Assembly (NCBI GenBank): GCA_026390495.1
Contig: JAPLFV010000308.1
Coordinates: forward strand, 22,332-54,508
From: Pseudomonadota bacterium
Lineage (GTDB): Bacteria > Bdellovibrionota_B > Oligoflexia > Oligoflexales > RGVZ01
DNA length: 32,177 bases
Reading direction: 5' to 3'
The translations under genes and the position numbers were made by a program. Shown here piece by piece: positions 1 through 9,421 of the stretch. The first letter of the stretch is position 1. Each line of letters begins with the position of its first letter. The notes below the pieces were generated by a model, which was given only the letters and a program-made list of their open reading frames with translations, searched no databases and had not been told where the DNA came from.

Positions 1-781
1 CTTCCTTGTAGGCAATCCCTATTTCATACAGTGATTTATATGAATCTATAACAACCTGCACTCGATCACCTTCGAGAATTTCGTTGAATTTCTTTAGAAC
101 ATTTTTATGAGAGTCACTTTTTTTTGCCTTTGACTTTACTAAGGCATTCATTGCTTCTTCGGTAGTTTCAAGGAAAACAGTTTTCTTTTGATTTCTTTGA
201 CTTTGCTTCAATAGTTCGAAATCTAGTAGAGGCTCACCCTTAATTAATTTCGCAAACTGAAAAGCCTCCCATAGATCGTGTGCATCGTCAGCTTCCAAAC
301 ATCGAAATTCTTCCACATCAATCACCAACAAATCATATTTTAGATTTTTCCAAGCTGTTGAGGAAAGAGTTTTATCCAGACAGGGGCCTTGGCCCACGGA
401 TTTGTTTTGAAATGTCACATCTGAGCGGTCATTGGGATCTATTTCAAAAACCACGGTGTTAGCAGCATCAAGGTGTTTGTGGATATCAAATGGGATCTCA
501 TTTGATCTAATAGAAACGTGCATGGTTCCAAATAGGTAAGAGATTCGATCTTTGTATTCCACGCGCCAAATCAGTGGATTGATATACTTCTTAGACTCAA
601 ATTTTGACCTGATTTCAGCGGTCTCGGAGTGAATCCGCATTCTGTTTGCGTTGTCATCCTTTAACCACTGTTGGGTCACAGTAGGGTCGGGTGAATATGG
701 GGTCACACAGGAAGCGATGAATGTCTGGAAAATCCAAAAAATTGAATGTGTTCTAATAGCCTTGGTGCCGGTCATGGTCAT
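1..781 (-). CDS. TraB/GumN (Tiki-like) family protein, probable lipoprotein; 3' end runs off the window
   Basis: Not in the ORF track because no stop lies in the window. Manual translation from ATG 781 (AAGGA RBS upstream) is open to base 1: MTMTGTKAIRTHSIFWIFQTFIASC...LIWRVEYKDRISYLFGTMHV...TVVFEID...LDFELLKQSQRNQKKTVFLETTEEAM. These match TraB/GumN motifs (LW..SYLFGTxH; xFE; D..L....K....LET.EE). Confidence 0.85.
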   Translation of the reverse strand, partial: MTMTGTKAIRTHSIFWIFQTFIASCVTPYSPDPTVTQQWLKDDNANRMRIHSETAEIRSKFESKKYINPLIWRVEYKDRISYLFGTMHVSIRSNEIPFDIHKHLDAANTVVFEIDPNDRSDVTFQNKSVGQGPCLDKTLSSTAWKNLKYDLLVIDVEEFRCLEADDAHDLWEAFQFAKLIKGEPLLDFELLKQSQRNQKKTVFLETTEEAMNALVKSKAKKSDSHKNVLKKFNEILEGDRVQVVIDSYKSLYEIGIAYKE

Positions 782-829
782 GCAAAATATCCTTTGGTAT
801 CTTTAAATACCTAGTTGAACCTTGTTAAC

Positions 830-3253
830 TCAAGCTGCAATTTTCAATGGATCTGCCAATTGAGGGATGATGATTACAAATTTAGTTCCCGTTCCTAATT
901 TGCTTATGACCTCGATGGATCCATGTAGACGATGTTCTACCATCTCTTTTACAGCAGGCATGCCGATTCCACGTCCAGAAAATTCGCCTATTTCTTCTTT
1001 AGTTGTTAAATTTGGATGAAATATTAAATTTGTGACGTTATCAAAATTAAGTTTATCTGATGATTTAAGGTTCATTATCTGAGCTTTTGATTTGAGTGCG
1101 TGGACATCGATTCCTTTGCCGTCATCTTCTATTGTAATGATGAGCTGGTTTGAAGCACCTTGTTTAAAATCAATGGAAATTTTGCCTATGTCAGGCTTAT
1201 TTTTGTTTCGTAATTCTGGCGGTTCGATACCATGATCGATTGCATTCCTTATGAGATGCGGCAGGATCTCAGAGATAGCTTGAAATATCTCCTTTGAAGT
1301 GGATAGATCTTGTCCTGAAATTTTCAATTGGCATTTCTTCTCTAGTTTCTCAGATACAACTTTTGTTAGTTGTGTCAGAGGACCTTCCATGTTCTCAAAT
1401 TTGATCTGCCGAATTTGATTGATGAACCACGTTTTGAAGTCATCGTTAGACTTAAATGACTTGAGATCAGTTTTCTCAATTTTTGTAAGGATATCTTCAG
1501 ATATAGTCCATTCATAATTTGCGGGATCACTGAAGGACTTATTGTTTGGCATTAAGACGGCGCCGTTCGAAGTCATCCAACTTTGGACGCCGCTAAATAA
1601 ATTTGTAATGTCTGATAACTCTACTTTTTCTTTGTTTTCGATGTTTGTCACTAACATGACCCAATCGTCTAGAGAGAAGCATCTTAGATTGCCATTTAAA
1701 GAATGTAGTTCAAGCTTAATCAAAGCTTGTAATTTGGAATCTTGGGGGTTGCTCGTTAATGCCTGAGTCCAATTTCTGTTCTTGTTTTCCATATCGCTCA
1801 GTAGATTGAGAAACGCCGGCTTAGATTTTAATATCTGAATTAAACTCCGGTTGACGTTGTTTGTTTGCTCAACTTGGGTCAGCTCTGTCGCGTCTGTAAT
1901 ACTAAACAGGACTTTGTGAGGTTGTCCATTTTGATCTCGAATCAATGCACTGTCGATGCTAATAGATTTGTTTTCGATCTTGATTCTAGGTGGGAGCATT
2001 CTGACCGTGATCTCGTCGGGCATGATGTCTTCTTTTAGTTGCTCATACATGGCATCAAATAGAAGAATGTCTTTGCCGGTCAAGTTCAGAATATCGGTGA
2101 TTCGTTTTCCGCTGATCTTTGTTGACGATAGCAAATGCTCTGTCGATTTTGTTGAGCCTGGCTGAACAAGTTGGTCAAGATCAGTCATAAAGAAGCCAGC
2201 TTTGACATTGTCAGAAATTTCCTTGATTTCGCGATTTTTATCTCCGATGGTTTTCAACATAAGCTGAATGGAATATGTAAGTTCGGTAATTTCATCTTGT
2301 GCTTTGTCATTGGACTCAATGTCAGTTTTTGAACCGTTCATAACAAGCTGTGTTTCATCTTTTATATGACTGATTCGACGCAGAATTTTGGCGTCAAGTT
2401 GCCAGAAAATGACGAATGATAGACCTAATGTGCCAACTGCAAATAGTGTGAGCATTGAGAAAAGAGTTACCTTGCCTTGGGTCATCACGGGGCGAGCGAA
2501 AGTTGCTTCAAGATTAAATGCAGGAGTCGCATTGTAGTTTTGCACAGGAATATCTATACGCAATGATTCGTCTGTAAAGTTGGAAATGTTAAATAATTGC
2601 TTAGATGATGATTTGGAATGTATTTTTAGACTCAATTTTAGCTCGTCGCTGATGGAGCCAACAAAGGCATCGGTGACTAGCTTGCCAAAGATCATTAGGC
2701 CTCTGACCTCTCCGTCTCCGGCGGTATTAGTTATAGCGCGAACTGAAAGGAGCCAATGTTGTCCTTGAAAGGTGGCTATGCCAGATGAGAAGCTTTCTGG
2801 GTTATTTGGGGTAAACCATTGAGATAGGAATCTAGGAGAAGTCAAGGAATCAATTAATTCTTGATCTGGAGTTTGCGGTGAGTCTGTTTCAGGATTCCAT
2901 TGAAGTGCATCGGTGATAGTCCCACTCGTCGTTGCCATTAAAAGAAGGTCAGTACTAAGGTTTTTTAAAGTTGCTTTTGGATCCAAGTTTCCTTGGGCAA
3001 ATTCTTTGTTTCTAGTCTTCATGTAATTCCATACATCGTCCCATGCCGCCCAATCTCTATTCTTTGTAGCGATGTTGTGAATCTCTCCTTGGATCCGATT
3101 TCGAATACGCTCGATATTTCCAGCAACGTCAGCCTTTTCGACCATTCCAAAGCCGTCTAATAGAACCTTGACGGCAATCGCATACGTAAAACCTAAAAAT
3201 ATAAGGACAGTGCTACCTAGGAGTAAATAAGTCTTCGTTTTGAGAGAACGCAT
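830..3253 (-). CDS. Membrane sensor histidine kinase: CHASE4-HAMP-(PAS-like)-Hpt-CheA-type HATPase_c
   Basis: Two TM helices flank the CHASE4 signature NRDWAAWDDVWNY. HAMP follows (DEITELTYSIQLM). Hpt-like ELHSLNGN. CheA-type ATP boxes HLIRNAIDHGIE, IEDDGKGID, SGRGIGM, GTGTKF. Start moved to ATG 3253 (GGAG RBS); the ORF track starts at 3376. Confidence 0.85.
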   Translation of the reverse strand: MRSLKTKTYLLLGSTVLIFLGFTYAIAVKVLLDGFGMVEKADVAGNIERIRNRIQGEIHNIATKNRDWAAWDDVWNYMKTRNKEFAQGNLDPKATLKNLSTDLLLMATTSGTITDALQWNPETDSPQTPDQELIDSLTSPRFLSQWFTPNNPESFSSGIATFQGQHWLLSVRAITNTAGDGEVRGLMIFGKLVTDAFVGSISDELKLSLKIHSKSSSKQLFNISNFTDESLRIDIPVQNYNATPAFNLEATFARPVMTQGKVTLFSMLTLFAVGTLGLSFVIFWQLDAKILRRISHIKDETQLVMNGSKTDIESNDKAQDEITELTYSIQLMLKTIGDKNREIKEISDNVKAGFFMTDLDQLVQPGSTKSTEHLLSSTKISGKRITDILNLTGKDILLFDAMYEQLKEDIMPDEITVRMLPPRIKIENKSISIDSALIRDQNGQPHKVLFSITDATELTQVEQTNNVNRSLIQILKSKPAFLNLLSDMENKNRNWTQALTSNPQDSKLQALIKLELHSLNGNLRCFSLDDWVMLVTNIENKEKVELSDITNLFSGVQSWMTSNGAVLMPNNKSFSDPANYEWTISEDILTKIEKTDLKSFKSNDDFKTWFINQIRQIKFENMEGPLTQLTKVVSEKLEKKCQLKISGQDLSTSKEIFQAISEILPHLIRNAIDHGIEPPELRNKNKPDIGKISIDFKQGASNQLIITIEDDGKGIDVHALKSKAQIMNLKSSDKLNFDNVTNLIFHPNLTTKEEIGEFSGRGIGMPAVKEMVEHRLHGSIEVISKLGTGTKFVIIIPQLADPLKIAA

Positions 3254-3525
3254 AAAAAGCTCCAAAAGAGTCAATGTGAAGATGACATCGTTGTATCCCT
3301 CTGTCAGTCCACCTATATTCGACCCTTCGGCCTGTTTGGGGATGCAGTTAAGTTGAGGTGTTGGTATTTTAATCAATTTCTGAGAAATGGCTTTATTTAT
3401 GTGGCACTTCTGGGAATGGTTCAGCTATTCTAATGGTGTCTTTGAGTTAGCAGTCATAACTGCCAAACTATACTGCCAACTGTTATCTAAATCAGTTGAG
3501 GAATTAGTTTTTAGGAGTGAATGGA

Positions 3526-5811
3526 ATGTTTTTTTTAAAGAAAAAATTCGTGCAAAGGTTCATTGCTGTCTTTTGCGGACTTTTAGTTTGTACCTCGATG
3601 GCGTTTTCTCAAGCGGTTCCAGAGCCAGCGGCAGAATCAACAGAGGCTCCAAAAACTCCTGAAAAGATCGGTTCCTCAACTTTACAGGTTTTGAAACTTA
3701 AGATTATGCAGAAGGGAACAGGCCAGCCCCTTAGAAAAGTGGAAGTTGTTTCAGGCAGCGCAAAGACTTTTTCAGATCCAAACGGTGAGGCTAAAATTGA
3801 GATTCCTAACGATGCAAAAGAAATTAATATTGTCCGTGTGGGTTTTGAATCAATCAATTTAGTCGTAGACGAATATAAAGATACCCTAGAGCTTGACGTT
3901 TTTATGTATCCCAAATTAGGTGCAGATGACGAAGTTATTATCAAAGGTAAACGGCGCCCAAGTGTTTCTAAGAAAGTCATAACCGCTGTTGAGGCCGCGA
4001 AAGTTGCTCCGGGCGGCGATCCCGGTCAAGTAACCAAGTTGATGCCGGGAGTCACTTCAAGTCCAGGTCGTTCTGATGTATCTATTCGTGGGAGTGAGCC
4101 AAACGATAGTTTGTATCGAATCGACGATATCGAGCTACCGTTTATATATCATTCGGTGGGTAGTTTGACTGTCGTACCTCCGAGTACGATAGATGATGTG
4201 GAGTTTTCTGGAGGTGGGTTCGGTCCCGAGTATGGTGATGCGACAGGGGGCGTTGTCGTTGTCAAAACGAAGGTGGAAATTCCTGACCGCCCAATCACAC
4301 GTTTCACTCTCAATTTGCCAATTTATTCGAGTGTGTTCCACGAACGACCACTTAGTGAAAATTCTGCAATGTCGGTTGGAGTTAGAAGAAGTTATTTGGA
4401 AGTCCTTTTGCCAAAAGTCCTACCAAAAGATTCTGGTGTAACATTGATTCCTTTTTTCTCTGACTATCAGGGTAGCTGGGTCAGTAAATCCGAAGATGGA
4501 CATAAGAAACTTACCCTATTAGCATCTAGCGACGGTATTAAGGCGACGGTTCCAAGCCAGTTTTCTGAAGACGAAAATGGCGCCGTGAACTTTTTTCTTA
4601 AGACTTACTTTGGTGCTATTGCCTTTGAGAGATCGAAAAAGTTATCAAATGACTGGAATGTCGTGACAACGCCGCAGTGGGTCTATACTGACAATCAATT
4701 TAATGTAAATGATTTGCGCTTCAGAGTAAAAGTTCATAACTTTAGAGTTCCAACTGAATTCACGAAGAGGATTAGCTCTACAGAAAGACTCTATGCGGGT
4801 TTTGACCTTGGTTTTTTACCGTACGAAGTGTCGTTGTTTCTTCCTCGTTTTGATCCAGATGATCCCTTTTATGATGTCCAAGAAGCGCCTAAAATTGAAA
4901 CAAGTTTAAAAGGTAATTTAATAAAAGCTGCTGGTTGGTTAGCGAGAGATTTTCAATTGGCAGACTGGAATTTAACACCTGGGATGCGTTTGTTTCATCT
5001 AAATCAGAATAAATCGACAGGGATTGATCCGAGATTTCAAGGCCGTAAATCGATGGGTCCTATTCACACCTCCAAATTTGCAGTTGGACAATATAGCCAG
5101 TTTCCAAAAAATGGTGAGGCCGCGAAAGATTTTGGTAATCCAGAATTAAAGAACACCCGAGCTTATCATTACATTCTGGGAATCGAGTCTAAATGGGATG
5201 ATCGTTGGGAAACAGATTTTCAAGTATTTTATAAAGACGTTTATGATGTCATTCAAAATGATTCCGTCAAGAATTATGACAATGATGGTCAGTTGAGGAG
5301 TAAAGGGTTTGAGGTGTTTATTCGCAGAGCCATGACAGAAAGATGGTTTGGTTGGGTTGCTTATACGTGGTCAAAAGCAGAGCAAAGAAAATCGAAGGAA
5401 GCTGAATGGTATCCAGGTGATAATGACCAGACTCATATTTTAAACGTAGCAGGAAATTATAAGTGGTCTGCTACCTGGGAAACTGGAGGGCGTTATACTT
5501 CTCATACCGGAGATACTTATACCTCCACCGTTGGTCCGGCAGTCTATAATTCAAACCTAAACAAATATCAGCCCCGTTCAAATCCAGACGAAATCAATAA
5601 TGCTAGGTTGCCTCACTATAATGAGTTGGGAATCTATTCAGCACATGACTTTCTTTTCGATACATCAAAAATGACATTTAGATGGGGATTGGAGTATCTT
5701 TGGTTTAAGCGCCAGACGCTCAACACCTCGGCGAATTATGATTATTCAAAAGAAGAGCCATCACAGGGAGTGCCTCCGATTCCTTACCTGGAACTTCGAG
5801 GTGAGTTGTAG
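3526..5811 (+). CDS. TonB-dependent outer-membrane receptor with N-terminal carboxypeptidase-regulatory-like domain
   Basis: Signal peptide; N-domain (FSDPNGEAKI...RVGFES); plug motifs PGGDPGQVTKLMPGV, SIRGSEPNDSLYRIDDIELP, GGFGPEYGDATGGVV; barrel strands (SKGFEVFIRR, FGWVAYTWSKA, DQTHILN). AGGAG RBS favours ATG 3526 over GTG 3517. Confidence 0.88.
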   Translation: MFFLKKKFVQRFIAVFCGLLVCTSMAFSQAVPEPAAESTEAPKTPEKIGSSTLQVLKLKIMQKGTGQPLRKVEVVSGSAKTFSDPNGEAKIEIPNDAKEINIVRVGFESINLVVDEYKDTLELDVFMYPKLGADDEVIIKGKRRPSVSKKVITAVEAAKVAPGGDPGQVTKLMPGVTSSPGRSDVSIRGSEPNDSLYRIDDIELPFIYHSVGSLTVVPPSTIDDVEFSGGGFGPEYGDATGGVVVVKTKVEIPDRPITRFTLNLPIYSSVFHERPLSENSAMSVGVRRSYLEVLLPKVLPKDSGVTLIPFFSDYQGSWVSKSEDGHKKLTLLASSDGIKATVPSQFSEDENGAVNFFLKTYFGAIAFERSKKLSNDWNVVTTPQWVYTDNQFNVNDLRFRVKVHNFRVPTEFTKRISSTERLYAGFDLGFLPYEVSLFLPRFDPDDPFYDVQEAPKIETSLKGNLIKAAGWLARDFQLADWNLTPGMRLFHLNQNKSTGIDPRFQGRKSMGPIHTSKFAVGQYSQFPKNGEAAKDFGNPELKNTRAYHYILGIESKWDDRWETDFQVFYKDVYDVIQNDSVKNYDNDGQLRSKGFEVFIRRAMTERWFGWVAYTWSKAEQRKSKEAEWYPGDNDQTHILNVAGNYKWSATWETGGRYTSHTGDTYTSTVGPAVYNSNLNKYQPRSNPDEINNARLPHYNELGIYSAHDFLFDTSKMTFRWGLEYLWFKRQTLNTSANYDYSKEEPSQGVPPIPYLELRGEL

Positions 5812-5813
5812 CT

Positions 5814-7073
5814 ATGTTAAGTTGCCCGTCTTGGACAGAATCCAATGCTCAAGTATGGCTTGATTTTTTGCATGGTGCGCCAAAAGATGAATTGATTTGT
5901 AGTTTTAAATATCCAAGCAAATTAACTTATCTTTCAAACGAAGCTGCAATGGCTGTAGCCTATGTTACAGCATTGCGAGGTATTGGCTCTGTGTCACCAA
6001 ATCCATTGGTTGGCTGTGTAGCGATTTCTAGGGACAATTTGTTTCTTTCTCATGGCGCTCATTTAAAAAATGGCGAATCCCATGCAGAGGTAAATTGTCT
6101 GACTGCTCTAGAAAATCAAGAGATTCAAAACGCCAAAGTATTTGTAACTTTGGAGCCATGCGCCCACCATGGGAGGACTCCTCCGTGTGCAGAATTTTTG
6201 TCTAAATTGCCGTTTGAGGAGCTCCATTATTTGCAAAGGGACCCTGACAGTCGCGTGGATGGACGCGGGATTGAATTGATAAAGGATGCTGGAAAGAAAG
6301 TTTTTTTGCTTGATGCGATGAGTGAGTTGGGTGCCGAGTTGGCAGAGATTTTTTTGTGGAATAAGCGAGAAGATAGTCCTTTTATAGGTGCAAAGATAGC
6401 AATGACAGAAGCTGGAGCCTATGCTTTCGCTAAAAGTTCAAGGACGTGGATTACAGGTCAAAGGGCTCGAGAGCATGGGCGGTTTTTACGTCTATACTAC
6501 GATGCTATATTGGTGGGTTCTTCAACCGCTGTTTTAGATGATCCTATGCTGGATGTTAGAAGCTCTTTTGTAAATGGCAGAATTCCCTGGAGAATTGTGC
6601 TGGATCCAGAGAACGTGGTTCCATTGACTGCAAACATATTTAAAGTGAGTCCTGAAAGGGTGATTCATTTTGTCACTGCGAAATCTTCATCGCCTGGACC
6701 TAGAGTTGTGACTCAGGATGTTAGAAATGAAGTTCAAGAAGATGCACACGGGGATGATGGTCGCTCATCGCATATCATTCACTTAAATATGAATTCTCAA
6801 GGACAATTTGAGTGGCAAGATGTTATTCGCGCCGTGAAATCATTTTCCATTTATAGTATTCTATTGGAAGGTGGAAACGGAGTCTGGTCTAGCGCTTGGC
6901 AGGCGGGAGTCATTAACAAGCTTCATCTCTACGTCGGTCAATCAAGATTAGTTCAAGATAAATTGGCACTATTAACGGATGTCCCTCAAAAAGCTAAGTG
7001 GAATCCTGAAGACAAAGAAAGACATCGATTTGGTATTGATCGATATTTTGAGATAGTGAATTCAGCCGTTTAG
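5814..7073 (+). CDS. ribD: Bifunctional riboflavin biosynthesis deaminase/reductase RibD
   Basis: SPNPLVGCV, HAEVNCL, VTLEPCAHHGRTPPC (Zn deaminase); WITG..AR...R...DAILVG..T...DDP.L.VR and SILLEGG (reductase). Confidence 0.93.
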   Translation: MLSCPSWTESNAQVWLDFLHGAPKDELICSFKYPSKLTYLSNEAAMAVAYVTALRGIGSVSPNPLVGCVAISRDNLFLSHGAHLKNGESHAEVNCLTALENQEIQNAKVFVTLEPCAHHGRTPPCAEFLSKLPFEELHYLQRDPDSRVDGRGIELIKDAGKKVFLLDAMSELGAELAEIFLWNKREDSPFIGAKIAMTEAGAYAFAKSSRTWITGQRAREHGRFLRLYYDAILVGSSTAVLDDPMLDVRSSFVNGRIPWRIVLDPENVVPLTANIFKVSPERVIHFVTAKSSSPGPRVVTQDVRNEVQEDAHGDDGRSSHIIHLNMNSQGQFEWQDVIRAVKSFSIYSILLEGGNGVWSSAWQAGVINKLHLYVGQSRLVQDKLALLTDVPQKAKWNPEDKERHRFGIDRYFEIVNSAV

Positions 7074-7110
7074 TTTCTGTATGTCATTTATTTACTGACG
7101 GAGGATAGTT

Positions 7111-7557
7111 ATGAAAGTTGAGCGCCCGTCTTTTCCAGAGATTTATATGCGTCTCGCATTTACTCTGGCCGAAAGATCCACTTGCAAGCGGCTGAAAGTT
7201 GGGACCGTCATAACAAGTATTGATTACAGAAAAGTGTTGGCAATTGGGTATAATGGCAATGCATCAGGTTTGGCTAACACCTGCGATCGAGACGAAGTTG
7301 GAAATTGTGGCTGCTTGCACTCAGAGGAGAATGCTGTCATCAATTGTGACAGCCCTAGGAGTACTGAGAAATTTGTTTTTGTAACTCATTTGCCGTGTGC
7401 CATGTGTGCAAAGCGCCTGATAAACTTGGGGCAAGTAAAGAAGATTTTTTATTGCCACGATTACCGCAAACGAGATTCCGTGGAGTTATTCGGTATTGTT
7501 GGAATCGGGGTTGAACAGTTACATTTAGCAGGGTTTTCTGAACATGGAGTGAAGTGA
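7111..7557 (+). CDS. dCMP deaminase (ComEB-like) family protein
   Basis: RPSF..IYM..A..LAERSTC.RLKVG, GYNG, HSEENA, THLPCAMCAK.LIN; GGAGG RBS. Confidence 0.9.
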   Translation: MKVERPSFPEIYMRLAFTLAERSTCKRLKVGTVITSIDYRKVLAIGYNGNASGLANTCDRDEVGNCGCLHSEENAVINCDSPRSTEKFVFVTHLPCAMCAKRLINLGQVKKIFYCHDYRKRDSVELFGIVGIGVEQLHLAGFSEHGVK

Positions 7558-8540
7558 CATTGGGCCAGAATCATCGACACAGTTCACTAGGTAAATCGGA
7601 AGGCCATGCTCATGGTGCTCATTGTCAGCACGGAATTGGAGGTTTGGTTTCGAAAAATTCAGGCAAGTCCTCCAGTACGAAAAATATTGCCATTGCATTA
7701 ATTTTGAATTTTGGATTTGCAATTGTCGAATTAGTCGGAGGTTTTTGGACACATTCCACTGCAATTCAAGCTGATGCCATTCATGATTTTGGTGATTCCG
7801 CAGTTTTGCTCTTGGCTTTAGCGATGCAATGGTTTGCCAGGGTAAAACCCACTGCAACGTACGGATTTGGATTCAAGCGACTTTCATTGGTTTCTGCACT
7901 GGTGATGTCTATGACTTTGATTGCAAGTAGTCTGTTCCTTGTTAAGTTGGCTTGGTCACGTTTTCAACAACCTGCCGACCTGCATTTAAACGGGATGCTT
8001 TTTTTGGCCATTCTTGGAGTTTCGGTTAACGGATTTGCTGCCTGGAAGGTTGGGCATGGACATACTCAGAATGAGAAAGCAATATCGTGGCATATGATAG
8101 AGGATTTATTGGGCTGGGTCGCAGTTTTGATTTCAAGTATCGTCATGCGTTTTGTCGATGTCTCTTGGTTGGATCCAATGCTAGCAATTGTGATTGCCTT
8201 CATAGTTATTTTTGGTGGCGTGAAATCGTTTTGGTCCAGTTTTAAATTGTTTCTGCAAGCCGCACCTTTTTCAGTCGATTCGTCTGCCTTGCGTGCAGAT
8301 TTTTTAAAAGTGCCAGGGATTGCAGGGATTCAGGATTTTCAGATTTGGTCTTTAGACGGTGAGCATCATGTTTTAAATGTTCATGTTTTATTGCAATACG
8401 GTACAACCATAGAGGAATGGACGAACATCAAAAAATCCTTGGCAGATCTTTGCCAGGGATATGGCCAGATAAAATTAACGGTGGAACCAGATTTTAGTCA
8501 AATAGGAAAACCGATCTTATTGAACCATTCCATGACATAG
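7554..8540 (+). CDS. Cation diffusion facilitator (CzcD/ZitB-like Zn/Co/Cd efflux)
   Basis: His-rich N-terminus, six hydrophobic segments, metal-site motifs ADAIHDFGD (TM2) and HMIEDLLGW (TM5), C-terminal IWSLDGEHHV; GTGA overlap with the upstream stop. Confidence 0.92.
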   Translation: MTLGQNHRHSSLGKSEGHAHGAHCQHGIGGLVSKNSGKSSSTKNIAIALILNFGFAIVELVGGFWTHSTAIQADAIHDFGDSAVLLLALAMQWFARVKPTATYGFGFKRLSLVSALVMSMTLIASSLFLVKLAWSRFQQPADLHLNGMLFLAILGVSVNGFAAWKVGHGHTQNEKAISWHMIEDLLGWVAVLISSIVMRFVDVSWLDPMLAIVIAFIVIFGGVKSFWSSFKLFLQAAPFSVDSSALRADFLKVPGIAGIQDFQIWSLDGEHHVLNVHVLLQYGTTIEEWTNIKKSLADLCQGYGQIKLTVEPDFSQIGKPILLNHSMT

Positions 8541-9421
8541 GTGCAAGCTATGTCTTGAATAGGTTTGCTTTCATAGAATAATTCATGAAGGCCGCCTTGA
8601 ATCCAGTGCAAATCAATAGAAGATTGACTATATTTCCTAGCCTCTTCTACCCATAGTGGAACTGCGTTGATGTCAACGACGTTCTCTTCAGTTCCACATA
8701 AAACTAAGATCGGTATATTGAGCTTTTTTAAAAATTCAGGGTTGAGAATAAATTTTGTGGCTTCATAGGTCGCTTTGACCCACTCAAACGTAGCGCTTGG
8801 GACAGGATATGGTGGATTTTGAATGACTTGATAACGATCAGCAGAGTGTGTCAAAAGATTTCGTTCAAATGGAGGTTTCCAATGCCGGCCGCTGCGAGAA
8901 TTGAGATGTCCAAGACCAATTTTAGCAATGACATTTGAAATCTTGTACGCATAATCGGGGTGCATCGGCCTATGAGGAAGTCCTAGTAAGGGGCTACTTA
9001 ATACAAGGCAGCGCGGTGAAAGCATGCCTTTCATGATTCCATTTAGGGCGATAAGGCCACCCATGGAGTGGCACATGAGGTTATAGGGTTTGTTGCCAAA
9101 TACTTTATCAATAACTGTTTTGGCATCTTTGCTATAAGTGTCATAGTTATCAATCCATGCTCGAGCTCCACCGCTCATTCCTTGGCCTCGATGGTCCCAG
9201 ATTGTAAATCCGGTATTTTTATTTAGTTTCAATTCTTCAGGCAGATGGGCGTATTTTTCACTCCATTCTGTTCTACCTGTGCAAAAGGCGAGTTGCCGCT
9301 CTTTTTTAGTGGATCCAGGTAGAGATGCGAAGCGGAGGTCCAACGTGTCGCTGCTGTCTCTGATTGTCGAAAACTCAAGATTTGGTGCCAAGTTTTTGGA
9401 TTCGCTCTTCATAGTCCGCAT
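8498..9421 (-). CDS. Lysophospholipase L2 (PldB-like) alpha/beta hydrolase
   Basis: TGRTEWSEKY, WDHRGQGMSGG, nucleophile elbow CHSMGG, LSSPLLG, LTHSADRY, HELFYE. Start could be 9412. Confidence 0.85.
   Translation of the reverse strand: MRTMKSESKNLAPNLEFSTIRDSSDTLDLRFASLPGSTKKERQLAFCTGRTEWSEKYAHLPEELKLNKNTGFTIWDHRGQGMSGGARAWIDNYDTYSKDAKTVIDKVFGNKPYNLMCHSMGGLIALNGIMKGMLSPRCLVLSSPLLGLPHRPMHPDYAYKISNVIAKIGLGHLNSRSGRHWKPPFERNLLTHSADRYQVIQNPPYPVPSATFEWVKATYEATKFILNPEFLKKLNIPILVLCGTEENVVDINAVPLWVEEARKYSQSSIDLHWIQGGLHELFYESKPIQDIACTYVMEWFNKIGFPI

Noticed and set aside
3401-3417. Sigma54 promoter (TGGCAC)
   Set aside because: No TTGC -12 element at the required spacing.
3254-3525. FMN or c-di-GMP riboswitch upstream of the TonB-ribD cluster or the kinase
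   Set aside because: I could not find the conserved core motifs on either strand by eye; cmscan would be needed to exclude it fully.
7111-7557. Anti-phage dCTP/dCMP deaminase defence system
   Set aside because: A short stand-alone ComEB-type enzyme with no fused kinase/P-loop domain, in a housekeeping context.
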